In this document: one piece after another, positions 26,997-39,640 of the stretch
How the letters are laid out: every line of letters starts with the position of its first letter
Numbering within the stretch: position 1 is the stretch's first letter
Assembly: GCA_964016885.1 (NCBI GenBank)
Contig: OZ024764.1
Coordinates: 29,264,001 to 29,328,000 of the forward strand
DNA from: Eledone cirrhosa
Taxonomy: Eukaryota
Direction of reading: 5' to 3'
Length of the DNA stretch: 64,000 nt
The notes under the pieces: generated by a model
Databases searched by the model: none
Told to the model about the DNA's origin: nothing
What the model saw: only the letters and a program-made list of their open reading frames with translations
Program-made: the position numbers and the translations under genes

Positions 26997-27553
26997 TCAT
27001 AATCATTATTTAACGTCTATCTTCCATGCTAGCATGGGTTACACGACCACTTTAATGTGGGCAGTGTCTGGTCGGCTGACCATGCCTTACTCATACAGGA
27101 ACTGATATATATATATATACACACACACACACATCATAATCATTATTTAACGTCTATCTTCCATGCTAGCATGGGTTAGATGGGTTTGTACCACTTGAGG
27201 CAAGTTTGGTCGGGTGACTAGGACTGTTTCTGGCTGGATGCCCTTTCTAACACCAACCACATTTACAATGTAGGCTGGGTGCTTTTTACCGTGACTCCTA
27301 CACGACCACTTTAATGTGGACTGGGTGTTCTGTGGTACCAACATAACTTTACAGAGAAAGGGTGGTGAGGGGTGTGTATTTGGTTGAGGTGCCTACTAAC
27401 TAGGTTTAACCCAATAATAGCACCACTGTTATCATTATTAATATTATATATTATCTCCGTGACGAGTGGAGAGATGCTGTGCTGAATAAGACCTGTCCCA
27501 CCCTTGCAAGCAGGGAAAAGCGGACGTAAAATGATGATGATGATGATATATAT

Positions 27554-27741
27554 GGCGGTGGATTGGCAGTATCGGTAGAGGGTCGGACGCCATGCTTTGA
27601 CGCATAGAGTTACGGCCCTTTCCATTCTGAGTTCAAATCCCGCCGAGGTTAACTTTGCCTTTCATCCTTACGGGGGTCGATAAAATAAAGTACCAGTAAA
27701 ACACTGGGTAATTGCTGGCCTTGTGCCAAAAGTAGAAACAA
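27554..27741 (+). mobile_element. SINE family A
   Basis: Full-length copy with A and B boxes. Confidence 0.88.
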
Positions 27742-27771
27742 ATATTAATATATATATAAACACACACACAC

Positions 27772-28738
27772 CCCACACCACTACTACTACTACTACACCT
27801 CCTCCACAACAGACCACCACACCACTACGACACAACCAAGACCACACCACCACCAATACTACATCAACAGACTACCACACCACCAACAGACCACCATACC
27901 ACAACTACACCACTAACAGACCACTTCACAACCAACACTGCACCACACCACACCACTACTACACCACCAACAATACAACACATTACGCCACACCACATCA
28001 TTACTACACCGCCACCACACCACACCACACCACTACTACACCACCAACAATACAACACATTACGCCACACCACACCACTACTACACCACCAACAATACAA
28101 CACACCACATCATTACTACACCGCCACCACACCACACCACTACTACACCACCAACAATACAACACACCACATCATTACTACACCGCCACCACACCACACC
28201 ACTACTACACCACCAACAATACAACACACTACGCCACACCACACCACTACTACACCACCAACAATACAACACACCACATCATTACTACACCGCCACCACA
28301 CCACACCACTACTACACCGCCACCACACCACACCACCAACAATACAACACATTACGCCACACCACATCATTACTACACCGCCACCACACCACACCACTAC
28401 TACACCACATTACGCCACACCACACCACTACTACACCACCAACAATACAACACACCACATCATTACTACACCGCCACCACACCACACCACTACTACACCA
28501 CCAACAATACAACACACCACATCATTACTACACCGCCACCACACCACACCACTACTACACCACCAACAATACAACACACTACGCCACACCACACCACTAC
28601 TACACCACCAACAATACAACACACCACATCATTACTACACCGCCACCACACCACACCACTACTACACCACCAACAATAAAACACATTACATTACACCACT
28701 ACACCACCAACACACCACACCATACCACACCACCACCA
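27772..28738. repeat. CAC/CACCA low-complexity compound repeat
   Basis: Repeated cacaccacaccactactacaccaccaacaatac blocks. Confidence 0.9.
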
Positions 28739-28748
28739 TTTTACTTAC

Positions 28749-28877
28749 AGCAACAAATTTCTTCTCTTTACAATGAAACTTGAGACAGACGTTGGCCAAA
28801 CTTTTAACTATCCCCATATGGTTGAGTGCCAAGATATCCTCAATATGGGGAATTAATTCTGCATAGATCACCTTCAG
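28749..28877 (-). CDS. NOP9: NOP9 exon
   Basis: ttttccag| acceptor and |gtaagt donor. Encodes IYAELIPHIEDILALNHMGIVKSLANVC. Phase 0 to 0. Confidence 0.88.
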
Positions 28878-28974
28878 CTGGAAAATTGTTCATGAATAAA
28901 TTTACATATTAATCAATTATTTAAATTAATTAAATCGTTAACCCTTTAGCATTTAAACTGGCTGTATTCGGCCA

Positions 28975-29410
28975 GGGTCAGACAATCTCATTTTGTCAGT
29001 CAGACAGTCACATTTGGAGAGTCAAGGTCAGACAGGGTCAGTCAGTCACATTTGGACAGTCAAGGTCAGACAGGGTCAGTCAAGGTCACACAGGGTTAGA
29101 CAGTCACATTTGGACAGTCAAGGTCACACAGGGTTAGACAGTCACATTTGGTCAGGCAGGGTCAGACGGTCAATCAATCAGTTACATTTGGTCAGACAGG
29201 GTCAGTCAGCCACATTTGGTCAGACAGGGTCAGTCAGTCACATTTGGTCAGACAGGGTCAGTCAGTCACATTTGGTCAGACAGGGTCAGTCAGTCACATT
29301 TGGTCAGACAGGGTCAGTCAGTCACATTTGGTCAGGCAGGGTCAGGCAGTCAATCAATCAGTTACATTTGGTCAGACAGGGTCAGTCAGTCACATTTGGT
29401 CAGACAGTCA
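28975..29410. repeat. About 27-bp degenerate minisatellite
   Basis: Unit cagggtcagtcagtcacatttggtcaga, starting right after a MITE terminal fragment at 28938. Confidence 0.88.
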
Positions 29411-29441
29411 ATCTGGTGACAGCTGGACAATGTTTACTCAC

Positions 29442-29631
29442 CATGTCTTTATTGACACAGCGGTCAATGACGAGACGTAGGACATAACTGGACGCAGCGT
29501 GCACAGCGTAGGCAATAAGGCGATCCTTGAAAGAACATTCATACCAGGTGAGAAAGAGGTCATCTGGACAGCTCTGCAGCAACTCATCGGCCAAGTAACT
29601 GGACACTGGGTTCATCATCAGATCGGGCAGC
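29442..29631 (-). CDS. NOP9: NOP9 exon
   Basis: ttttcag| acceptor and |gtgagt donor. Encodes LMMNPVSSYLADELL...FKDRLIAYAVHAASSYVLRLVI. Phase 2 to 0. Confidence 0.88.
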
Positions 29632-29642
29632 CTGAAAATAAA

Positions 29643-30078
29643 CCATCACCATCACCACCATTAATACCATCATCATCATCACCATCACCACCATTAATAC
29701 CATCATCATCACCATCACCATTAATACCATCATCATCATCACCATCACCACCATTAATACCATCATCATCACCATCACCACCATTAATACCATCATCATC
29801 ATCACCATCACCACCATTAATACCATCATCATCATCACCATCACCACCATTAATACCATCATCATCATCACCATCACCACCATTAATACCATCATCATCA
29901 TCACCATCACCACCATTAATACCATCATCATCATCACCATCACCACCATTAATACCACCATCATCATTACCAACACCATCATTATAATCACCATCACCAT
30001 TAACACCACCACTATCATCACCAACACCACCATCATCATTACCATCACCACATCACCACCACCAACTCCATTATCATC
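29643..30078. repeat. (CAT/CAC)n compound repeat with 33-39 bp period
   Basis: ccatcaccaccattaataccatcatcatcatca repeated. Confidence 0.9.
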
Positions 30079-30383
30079 AGCTGGGGTTGATTTGAACGAC
30101 TAAATACCTTCAAGGCAGTGCCCTAGCATGGCCACAGTATAATGACCGAAACCAATAGAAGATAGTGCTCCAGCATGGCTACAGTCATCAGTTTAAACAA
30201 GTAAAAGGAGACAGTGCCCCAGCATAGCTACAGTCACCAGTTTAACCTTCTGGACACTCTAGGTGCATTATGTCATCGATAGAGTAATCTCCCCTTAATA
30301 ATACAGTGTCAGGGGAAGCAATTCATAAAATAATCTAGCGTACTAAAGATTAAGAAGAATGTAAGAATGAGAGAAGAACTAAC

Positions 30384-30552
30384 CGGGAGGAATCAATAAG
30401 GGTCATGTTTGTGTCGACCGGTGGAATATCGAGGAAGCCACACAGTTTGATGATCCTACGACACAATTTCTTACCAACTTCTTTATCTAAATCCATTGTT
30501 AACTGGACCAAAAGCTGGACGACAGGGTTGGCAGATTTGTGGGTGAAATAAG
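30384..30552 (-). CDS. NOP9: NOP9 exon
   Basis: actttcag| acceptor and |gttagt donor. Encodes YFTHKSANPVVQLLVQL. Phase 1 to 2. Confidence 0.82.
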
Positions 30553-30637
30553 CTGAAAGTGGAACATAAAAGGATACAATTCAGAATTACACTTGAAAAC
30601 AAAAGAAAAAAAAAGTAAAGAAAAACAAATACTGCAG

Positions 30638-32266
30638 TTAACTCTTTAATGTACCTTTTTCTGTTGAAACTGGCTGTAACCAGTCACTCAAACTGATGTT
30701 AAGGTATTGTTCTCAAAATAAATACTTTCAAAATCTCATAGATTCGGTATTATGTGAGATAATTATGCGAGGTAAAGCCTTTAGCATGAAAATATAATAG
30801 TATATATAGAGTAATGTAGATGTTATGTGAGGTATTATGTGAGGTAAAGCCTTTACTGTGACAATACAATAGTATATATAGAGTAATGTAGATGTTATGT
30901 GAGATATGTAAGGTAAAGCCTTTACTGTGAAAATACAATAGTATATATAGAGTAATGTGAATGTTATGTGAGATATTATGTGAGGTAAAGCCTTTACTGT
31001 GACAATACAATAGTATATATAGAGTAATGTAAATGTTACGTGGGATATTATGTGAGGTAAAGCCTTTACTGTGACAATACAATAGTGTATAAAGAGTAAT
31101 GTAAATGTTATGTGAGGTATTATGTGAGGTAAAGCCTTTACTGTGACAATACAATAGTGTATATAGAGTAATGTAAATGTTATGTGAGATATTATGTAAG
31201 GTAAAGCTTTTACTGTGACAATACAATAGTATATATAGAGTAATGTAAATGTTATGTGGGATATTATGTGAGGTAAAGCCTTTACTGTGAAAATACAATA
31301 GTATATAGAGTAATGTAAATGTTATGTGAGATATTATGTGAGGTAAAGCCTTTACTGTGAAAATACAATAGTATATATAGAGTAATGTAAATGTTATGTG
31401 GGATATTATGTGAGGTAAAGCCTTTACTGTGACAATACAATAGTGTATATAGAGTAATGTAAATGTTATGTGGGATATTATGTGAGGTAAAGCTTTTACT
31501 GTGACAATACAATAGTATATATAGAGTAATGTAAATGTTATGTGGGATATTATGTGAGGTAAAGCTTTTACTGTGACAATACAATAGTATATATAGAGTA
31601 ATGTAAATGTTATGTGAGATATTATGTGAGGTAAAGCCTTTACTGTGAAAATACAATAGTATATATAGAGTAATGTAAATGTTATGTGAGATATTATGTG
31701 AGGTAAAGCTTTTACTGTGACAATACAATAGTATATATAGAGTAATGTAAATGTTATGTGGGATATTATGTGAGGTAAAGCCTTTACTGTGAAAATACAA
31801 TAGTATATATAGAGTAATGTAAATGTTATGTGAGATATGTAAGGTAAAGCCTTTACTGTGACAATACAATAGTATATATAGAGTAATGTAAATGTTATGT
31901 GAGATATTATGTGAGGTAAAGCCTTTACTGTGACAATACAATAGTATATATAGAGTAATGTAAATGTTATGTGAGATATTATGTGAGGTAAAGCCTTTAC
32001 TGTGACAATACAATAGTATATATAGAGTAATGTAAATGTTATGTGAGATATTATGTGAGGTAAAGCCTTTACTGTGAAAATACAATAGTATATATAGAGT
32101 AATGTAAATGTTATGTGAGATATTATGTGAGGTAAAGCCTTTACTGTGACAATACAATAGTATATATAGAGTAATGTAAATGTTATGTGGGATATTATGT
32201 GAGGTAAAGCCTTTACTGTGAAAATACAATAGTATATATAGAGTAATGTGAATGGTAAAGGGTTAA
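30638..32266 (-). mobile_element. Same MITE, reverse orientation, about 21 units
   Basis: TTAA-ctcttta to aatggtaaaggg-TTAA. Array at about 30750-32250. Confidence 0.75.
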
Positions 32267-32403
32267 ATATGGTGGACTAAAGCAAGGTCCAATGACTAAA
32301 AAGATATGTCTATATACTCTCAGGTCCCAAATAATGGGGGTGGGTGGAATAAGGGGAGGGAGTGTGAGAATTTACAGTATTACAGTAAAGACTTTAATAT
32401 TTA

Positions 32404-32589
32404 ATTGTTTCTACTTTTGGCACAAGGCAATCAATTATCCCAGTGTATTACTGCTACTTTATTTTATCGACCCCGTAAGGATGAAAGGCAAAGTTAACCT
32501 CGACGGGATTTGAACTTACGTAAAGGGACGTAACTGTGCTGCAAAGCATGGCGTCCGACCCTTTTCCAACACTGCCAATCCACCGCCTC
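32404..32589 (-). mobile_element. SINE family A
   Basis: Full-length copy, flanked by ttaatatttaat-like duplications. Confidence 0.85.
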
Positions 32590-32623
32590 TTTAATATTAA
32601 TATTTAATGTGATGTAGTCATAG

Positions 32624-33420
32624 TTTACAGTATTACAGTAAAGACTTTAATATCTAATGTGATGTAGTCATAGTGTTGTTTTGTACTAAATGTTTATAGT
32701 ATCTTTACTGGTGGACAGATTGTTGTGAACATTTACAGTATTACAGTAAAGACTTTAATATTTAATGTGATGTAGTCATAGTGTTGTTTTGTACTAAATG
32801 TTTATAGTATCTTTACTGGCGGACAGATTGTTGTGACAATTTACAGTATTACAGTAAAGACTTTAATATTTAATGTGATGTAGTCATAGTGTTGTTTTGT
32901 ACTAAATGTTTATAGTATCTTTACTGGTGGACAGATTGTTGTGAACATTTACAGTATTACAGTAAAGACTTTAATATTTAATGTGATGTAGTCATAGTGT
33001 TGTTTTGTACTAAATGTTTATAGTATCTTTACTGGTGGACAGATTGTTGTGAATATTTACAGTATTACAGTAAAGACTTTAGTATTTAATGTGATGTAGA
33101 CATAGTCTTGTTTTGTACTAAATGTTTATAGTATCTTTACTAGTGGACAGATTGTTGTGAACATTTACAGTATTACAGTAAAGACTTTAGTATTTAATGT
33201 GATGTAGTCATAATGTTGTTTTGTACTAAATGTTTATAGTATCTTTACTGGTGGACAGATTGTTGTGAATATTTACAGTATTACAGTAAAGACTTTAATA
33301 TCTAATGTGATGTAGACATAGTGTTGTTTTGTACTAAATGTTTATAGTATCTTTACTGGTGGACAGATTGTTGTGAATATTTACAGTATTACAGTAAAGA
33401 CTAATATTTAATGTAATGTA
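32624..33420. repeat. 108-bp tandem repeat, about 7 copies
   Basis: Unit begins tttacagtattacagtaaagactttaata. The first unit at about 32371 is interrupted by a SINE. Confidence 0.92.
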
Positions 33421-33484
33421 GCTAATCATAGTTAAAACTAATGTTGGTTGTTAAGGCCAAGGCAATTAAATTGTAAATACTTAC

Positions 33485-33586
33485 AATATATATTCTCCAA
33501 CACACAGATGTGTCTTGATATTTTAAAGAAACATTTCTGAAAATTCGGGTCATCTTTAGACAATTTTTGCTGGAATTCTTCTATAA
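33485..33586 (-). CDS. NOP9: NOP9 exon
   Basis: tatttcag| acceptor and |gtaagt donor. Open frame VIEEFQQKLSKDDPNFQKCFFKISRHICVLENIY. Phase 1 to 1. Confidence 0.78.
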
Positions 33587-33807
33587 CTGAAATACAGAAA
33601 TTAGTTAATAGTTAATTCTTCCACACACATGTTCAGACATAGGGGTGTGTGTGTGCGTGTAGTTCAAGGAGACACCAAACAGAGGTACAAAAATCTTACT
33701 AGTTTCATGCTTTATATTGGAAAGAGGAAAGAAAGTTCGACGTATCGGACTTAAGTCCTTCTTCAGAAGTAGACATAGAGACAGGATCACAAAGGATAGA
33801 TATAGAA

Positions 33808-34192
33808 AGGGCAGTGGATTGGCAGTATAGGTAGAGGGTTGGACGCCATGCTTCACAGCACAGAGTTACGTCCCTTTACGCTCTGAGTTCAAATTCCGTC
33901 GAGGTTAACTTTGCCTTTCATCCTTACGGGGTCGATAAAATAACGCACTAGTAATGTGCTGGGCTTGATTTAATCGACTTTCCCTCTTCCCCCAAATTGC
34001 TCGCCTTGTGCCTATAGTAGAAATCATTATTAGAGTCGGACGCCATGATTTCCAGCATAGTTACGTCCCTTTACAGTCTGAGTTCAAATTCTGCCGAGGT
34101 TAACTTTGACTTTCATCCTTACGGGGTCGATAAACTAAAGTACCAGTAATGCACTGGGTAATTGCTGGCCTTGTGCCAAAAGTAGAAACAAT
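33808..34192 (+). mobile_element. Two tandem SINE family A copies
   Basis: One full copy plus one 5'-truncated copy. Confidence 0.85.
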
Positions 34193-34503
34193 TATTATTA
34201 TTATTATAATTTATAGCATATCTTCCAGTCCAGCCTTCTGTTGTCGTTTTAAATATATACACCCCGCTTTGTGTTCCTACTTGTTACCATGACTACCTGG
34301 CAGCTTTTCTGTTCAGAAAACAAAAAAGAAGAAAATAAAAAGGAAAAACAGAAAAGCCGCCAGGTAGTCTTGGTAACAAGTAGGAACACAAAGTGGAGTG
34401 CCATCACCATCATCATCATCGTTTAGCGTCCGTGTTCCACGCTTGCATGGGTTTGGACGGGAGTTTTCCCACTTGAGGCAAGAGTGGTTGTCTTGCTCGC
34501 ATA

Positions 34504-35615
34504 GGACTGTCTGGCGGGTTTTCTACAGCTGGATGCCCTTCCTAACACCAACCACATTTACAGTGTGGGGCTGGGAGGTTTTTACCGTGTTGCCTACACG
34601 GCCACATTACAGCGTGGACTGTCTGGCGGGTTTTATACGGCTGGATGCCCTTCCTAACACCAACCACGTTTACAGTGTGGGGCTGGGAGGTTTTTACCGT
34701 GTTACCTACACGGCCACATTACAGCGTGGACTGTCTGGCGGGTTTTATACGGCTGGATGCCCTTCCTAACACCAACCACGTTTACAGTGTGGGGCTGGGA
34801 GGTTTTTACCGTGTTACCTACACGGCCACATTACAGCGTGGACTGTCTGGCGGGTTTTATACGGCTGGATGCCCTTCCTAACACCAACCACGTTTACAGT
34901 GTGGGGCTGGGAGGTTTTTACCGTGTTACCTACACGGCCACATTACAGCGTGGACTGTCTGGCGGGTTTTATACGGCTGGATGCCCTTCCTAACACCAAC
35001 CACGTTTACAGTGTGGGGCTGGGAGGTTTTTACCGTGTTACCTACACGGCCACATTACAGCGTGGACTGTCTGGCGGGTTTTATACGGCTGGATGCCCTT
35101 CCTAACACCAACCACGTTTACAGTGTGGGGCTGGGAGGTTTTTACCGTGTTACCTACACGGCCACATTACAGCGTGGACTGTCTGGCGGGTTTTATACGG
35201 CTGGATGCCCTTCCTAACACCAACCACGTTTACAGTGTGGGGCTGGGAGGTTTTTACCGTGTTACCTACACGGCCACATTACAGCGTGGACTGTCTGGCG
35301 GGTTTTCTACAGCTGGATGCCCTTCCTAACACCAACCACATTTACAGTGTGGGACTGGGAGGTTTTTACCGTGTTACCTCCACGGCCACATTACAGCGTG
35401 GACTGTCTGGCGGGTTTTATACGGCTGGATGCCCTTCCTAACACCAACCACGTTTACAGTGTGGGGCTGGGAGGTTTTTACCGTGTTACCTACACGGCCA
35501 CATTACAGCGTGGACTGTCTGGCGGTTTTTATACGGCTGGATGCCCTTCCTAACACCAACCACGTTTACAGTGTGGGGCTGGGAGGTTTTTACCGTGTTA
35601 CCTACACGGCCACAT
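34504..35615. repeat. 112-bp minisatellite, about 10 near-identical copies, amplified inside a SINE
   Basis: Unit contains ggctggatgcccttcctaacaccaaccac. The SINE tail (catcatcat gtttagcgtccg) lies to the left at about 34400. Confidence 0.93.
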
Positions 35616-35769
35616 TTGTTTCGGACTGGATGTTGTGGTACCAACATAACTTTACATTGAAAGGGGTGGTGTGGATGGCGTGGGGGTAGTGGGACGGGGG
35701 GTGTATATATTTAAAAAACGACAACAGAAGGCTGGACTGGAAGATATGCTATAAATTATAATAATAATA

Positions 35770-35958
35770 ATTGTTTCTACTTTTGGCACAAGGCCAGAAA
35801 TTACCCAGTGCATTACTGGTACTTTATTTTATCGACCCCGTAAGGATGAAAGGCAAAGTTAACCTCGGCGGAATTTGAACTCAGAACGCAAAGGGACGTA
35901 ACTCTGTGTTGTGAAGCATGGTGTCCGACCCTCTACCGATACTACCAATCCACTGCCC
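35770..35958 (-). mobile_element. SINE family A
   Basis: Full-length reverse copy. Confidence 0.88.
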
Positions 35959-36005
35959 TTATAACAACAACAACAACAACAACAACAATAAATATAGCTT
36001 CTTAC

Positions 36006-36581
36006 CTGGTTTACTGTATTGAGGTTTCTGGCTCCTTGTCGTGGAGGTGATGATTGACGAGGTTCTGGGAGGCCGGTTGGCCAACACAAGGAGGGACGTA
36101 CGGACAATATGGCTGCTGTAGATGTCTGTGATTAACGCCTCAATGTTGTCGTCAAGGAAACCACAGAAGCGAAGGAAGGAGTCACGAGGCAACACCAACT
36201 CCTTCGCTCCTGACCTCTCCTTTGATTTCTTCTTGCACTTCTGCTTAACTCTTTCCTTACCTCCACCACCACTCCTATCATCGTCATAGTCAGCAGCATC
36301 GTTGTTAGGGTCTTCCTCTTCGTCCTCAAGGAAGAGGAGTTCGGCAGGGTCTATATCAAAGGTGTCAGGCAAGAAGAGCAGGGTCTTTTGTAGGACATGA
36401 CTGGCGCATCGGTCAGTACAAAACTCCATCCAGTCAGAGCTGATGATCTGCCACAAGTAGTAGATATGTTTAGGATCAGATTTCTTCAGGAATGTCTCAA
36501 TGTAATGGCTGACCGTTTGGTTCTGGCACACCACAAGGGCCTCTTTCTTCAGCTCTCGGAATATGTTGAGCAAGAAAATAC
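36006..36581 (-). CDS. NOP9: NOP9 exon
   Basis: ttacag| acceptor and |gtaaga donor. Encodes FCTDRCASHVLQKTL and ITDIYSSHIVRTSLLVL (Puf-like repeat motifs). Phase 1 to 1. Confidence 0.9.
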
Positions 36582-36624
36582 CTGTAAATACACACACAGA
36601 GAGAAAAAGTGTAAAGTAGTTAAT

Positions 36625-38579
36625 GTTAGGGAGGGCATCCAGCCATAGAAACCCTGTTCCCAGTACACTCTGTAAAGTGGTTGCTGTTAAGAGCATCCAG
36701 CCATAGAAACCCTGTTCCCAGTACACTCTGTAAAGTGGTTGCTGTTAAGAGCATCCAGCCATAGAAACCCTGCTCCCAGTACACTCTGTAAAATGGTTGC
36801 TGTTAGGAAGGACATCCAGCTATAGAAACCCTGCTCCCAGTACACTCTGTAAAGTGGTTGCTGTTAAGAGCATCCAGCCATAGAAACCCTGCTCCCAGTA
36901 CACTCTGTAAAATGGTTGCTGTTAGGAAGGACATCCAGCCATAGAAACCCTGCTCCCAGTACACTCTGTAAAATGGTTGCTGTTAGGAAGGACATCCAGC
37001 TATAGAAACCCTGCTCCTAGTACACTCTGTAAAGTGGTTGCTGTTAGGAAGGACATCCAGCCATAGAAACCCTGCTCCCAGTACACTCTGTAAAGTGGTG
37101 TTGCTGTTAAAGGCATCCAGCTATAGAAACGCTGCTCCCAGTACACTCTGTAAAGTGGTGTTGCTGTTAAAGGCATCCAGCTATAGAAACGCTGCTCCCA
37201 GTACACTCTGTAAAGTGGTTGCTGTTAAGAGCATCCAGCCATAGAAACCCTGCTCCCAGTACACTCTGTAAAATGGTTGCTGTTAGGAAGGACATCCAGC
37301 TATAGAAACCCTGCTCCCAGTACACTCTGTAAAGTGGTTGCTGTTAAGAGCATCCAGCCATAGAAACCCTGCTCCCAGTACACTCTGTAAAATGGTTGCT
37401 GTTAGGAAGGACATCCAGCTATAGAAACCCTGCTCCCAGTACACTCTGTAAAGTGGTTGCTGTTAAGAGCATCCAGCCATAGAAACCCTGCTCCCAGTAC
37501 ACTCTGTAAAATGGTTGCTGTTAGGAAGGACATCCAGCTATAGAAACCCTGCTCCTAGTACACTCTGTAAAGTGGTTGCTGTTAGGAAGGACATCCAGCC
37601 ATAGAAACCCTGCTCCCAGTACACTCTGTAAAGTGGTGTTGCTGTTAAAGGCATCCAGCTATAGAAACGCTGCTCCCAGTACACTCTGTAAAGTGGTGTT
37701 GCTGTTAAAGGCATCCAGCTATAGAAACGCTGCTCCCAGTACACTCTGTAAAGTGGTGTTGCTGTTAAAGGCATCCAGCTATAGAAACGCTGCTCCCAGT
37801 ACACTCTGTAAAGTGGTTGCTGTTAAGAGCATCCAGCTATAGAAACGCTGCTCCCAGTACACTCTGTAAAGTGGTGTTGCTGTTAAGAGCATTCAGTTAT
37901 AGAAACGCTGCTCCCAGTACACTCTGTAAAGTGGTGTTGCTGTTAAGAGCATTCAGCTATAGAAACCCTGCTCCCAGTACACTCTGTAAAGTGGTGTTGG
38001 TGTTAAGGGCATCCACTTATAGAAACCCTGCTCCCAGTACACTCTGTAAAGTGGTGTTTGTGTTAAGGGCATCCAGCTATAGAAACCCTGCTCCCAGTAC
38101 ACTCTGTAAAGTGGTGTTGCTGTTAAGGGCATTCAGCTATAGAAACCCTGCTCCCAGTACACTCTGTAAAGTGGTGTTGGTGTTAGGAGCATTCAGCTAT
38201 AGAAACCCTGCTCCCAGTACACTCTGTAAAGTGGTGTTGCTGTTAAGAGCATTCAGCTATAGAAACCCTGCTCCCAGTACACTCTGTAAAGTGGTGTTGC
38301 TGTTAAGGGCATTCAGCTATAGAAACCCTGCTCCCAGTACACTCTGTAAAGTGGTGTTGGTGTTAAGGGCATCCAGCTATAGAAACCCTGCTCCCAGTAC
38401 ACTCTGTAAAGTGGTGTTGCTGTTAAGGGCATTCAGCTATAGAAACCCTGCTCCCAGTACACTCTGTAAAGTGGTGTTGGTGTTAAGGGCATCCAGCTAT
38501 AGAAACCCTGCTCCCAGTACACTCTGTAAAGTGGTGTTGGTGTTAGGAAGGGCAACAAGCTGTAGAAACCCTGCTCCCA
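36625..38579. repeat. 58-60-bp minisatellite, about 33 copies, SINE-derived
   Basis: Unit cccagtacactctgtaaagtggt(g)ttgctgttaagggcatccagctatagaaaccctgct. Confidence 0.95.
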
Positions 38580-38663
38580 TACATTAGTCAATACCAGTCG
38601 GTCAGACAGACAGAACAATATTAAATACATAGATACATAAATAAATGAATGCCATCAACTCAC

Positions 38664-38805
38664 TTTTGGATTCAGGATCCTCCTGCGTAGTAGTGTCATT
38701 TAAGAAATTTTCATGGGCCCTTCTATAATAAGACATTGTACCTTCAGATAAAACCCCTTTTTTACTTCTGGGTTTACTGTCTTTGGCAGATTTGGTAAGA
38801 GCCAT
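38664..38805 (-). CDS. NOP9: NOP9 (Pumilio-repeat nucleolar protein 9) first coding exon
   Basis: ATG at 38805. Encodes MALTKSAK...LSEGTMSYYRRAHE (NOP9 N-terminal YYRR motif). Donor |gtgagt, phase 1. Confidence 0.82.
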
Positions 38806-38829
38806 TGTGTCAGTAATAATAATCACACT

Positions 38830-39265
38830 TGTTATTGCTGTAATATCACTATTATATATATGATATATGTATTGTAGTGCTGGTGATACTATTATTATTA
38901 TCTGTTATTGCTGTAATATCACTATTATATATATGATATATGCATTGTAGTGCTGGTGATACTATTATTATTATCTGTTATTGCTGTAATATCACTATTA
39001 TATATATGATATATGTATTGTAGTGCTGGTGATACTATTATTATTATCTGTTATTGCTGTAATATCACTATTATATATATAATATATGTATTGTAGTGCT
39101 GGTGATACTATTATTATTATCTGTTATTGCTGTAATATCACTATTATATATATAATATATGTATTGTAGTGCTGGTGATACTATTATTATTATCTGTTAT
39201 TGCTGTAATATCACTATTATATATATAATATATGTATTGTAGTGCTGGTGATACTATTATTATCT
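38830..39265. repeat. 73-bp tandem repeat, 6 copies, just upstream of the NOP9 ATG
   Basis: tgttattgctgtaatatcac at 38830, 38903, 38976 and onward. Confidence 0.92.
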
Positions 39266-39420
39266 GAATTAATGAAGGTCCAGAGAAAGGAGGATGTGTT
39301 TACTTGCTTACACTGGATTTCTGAAAGAAAAAGAAAAACAATATATATATATAGATTAATGAAGTAATTCAGTCGGAAAGCTCCAGGAAAAAAGAGTGCT
39401 CTATGTAGGTTAGAGCTTAA

Positions 39421-39640
39421 TAGTTATGTAATAAACAACATAAGGCAATTATTTCATTTACCAGTGGTTTCTTAAAAGCAAACAAAAAATCCTGGTGTAT
39501 TTATTGACGTTGGATTAAATCCAATGTCAATAAATACACCAGGATTTTTTCATTCTGATGATTGAAAGCAAAATTTGTTTGCTTTCAAGAAACCACTGGT
39601 AAATGAAATAATTGCCTTATGTTGTTTATTACATAACTAT
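39421..39640. mobile_element. TA-flanked MITE with about 65-bp TIRs and an internal palindrome
   Basis: tagttatgtaataaacaacataaggcaatt pairs with aattgccttatgttgtttattacataacta. Confidence 0.75.
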
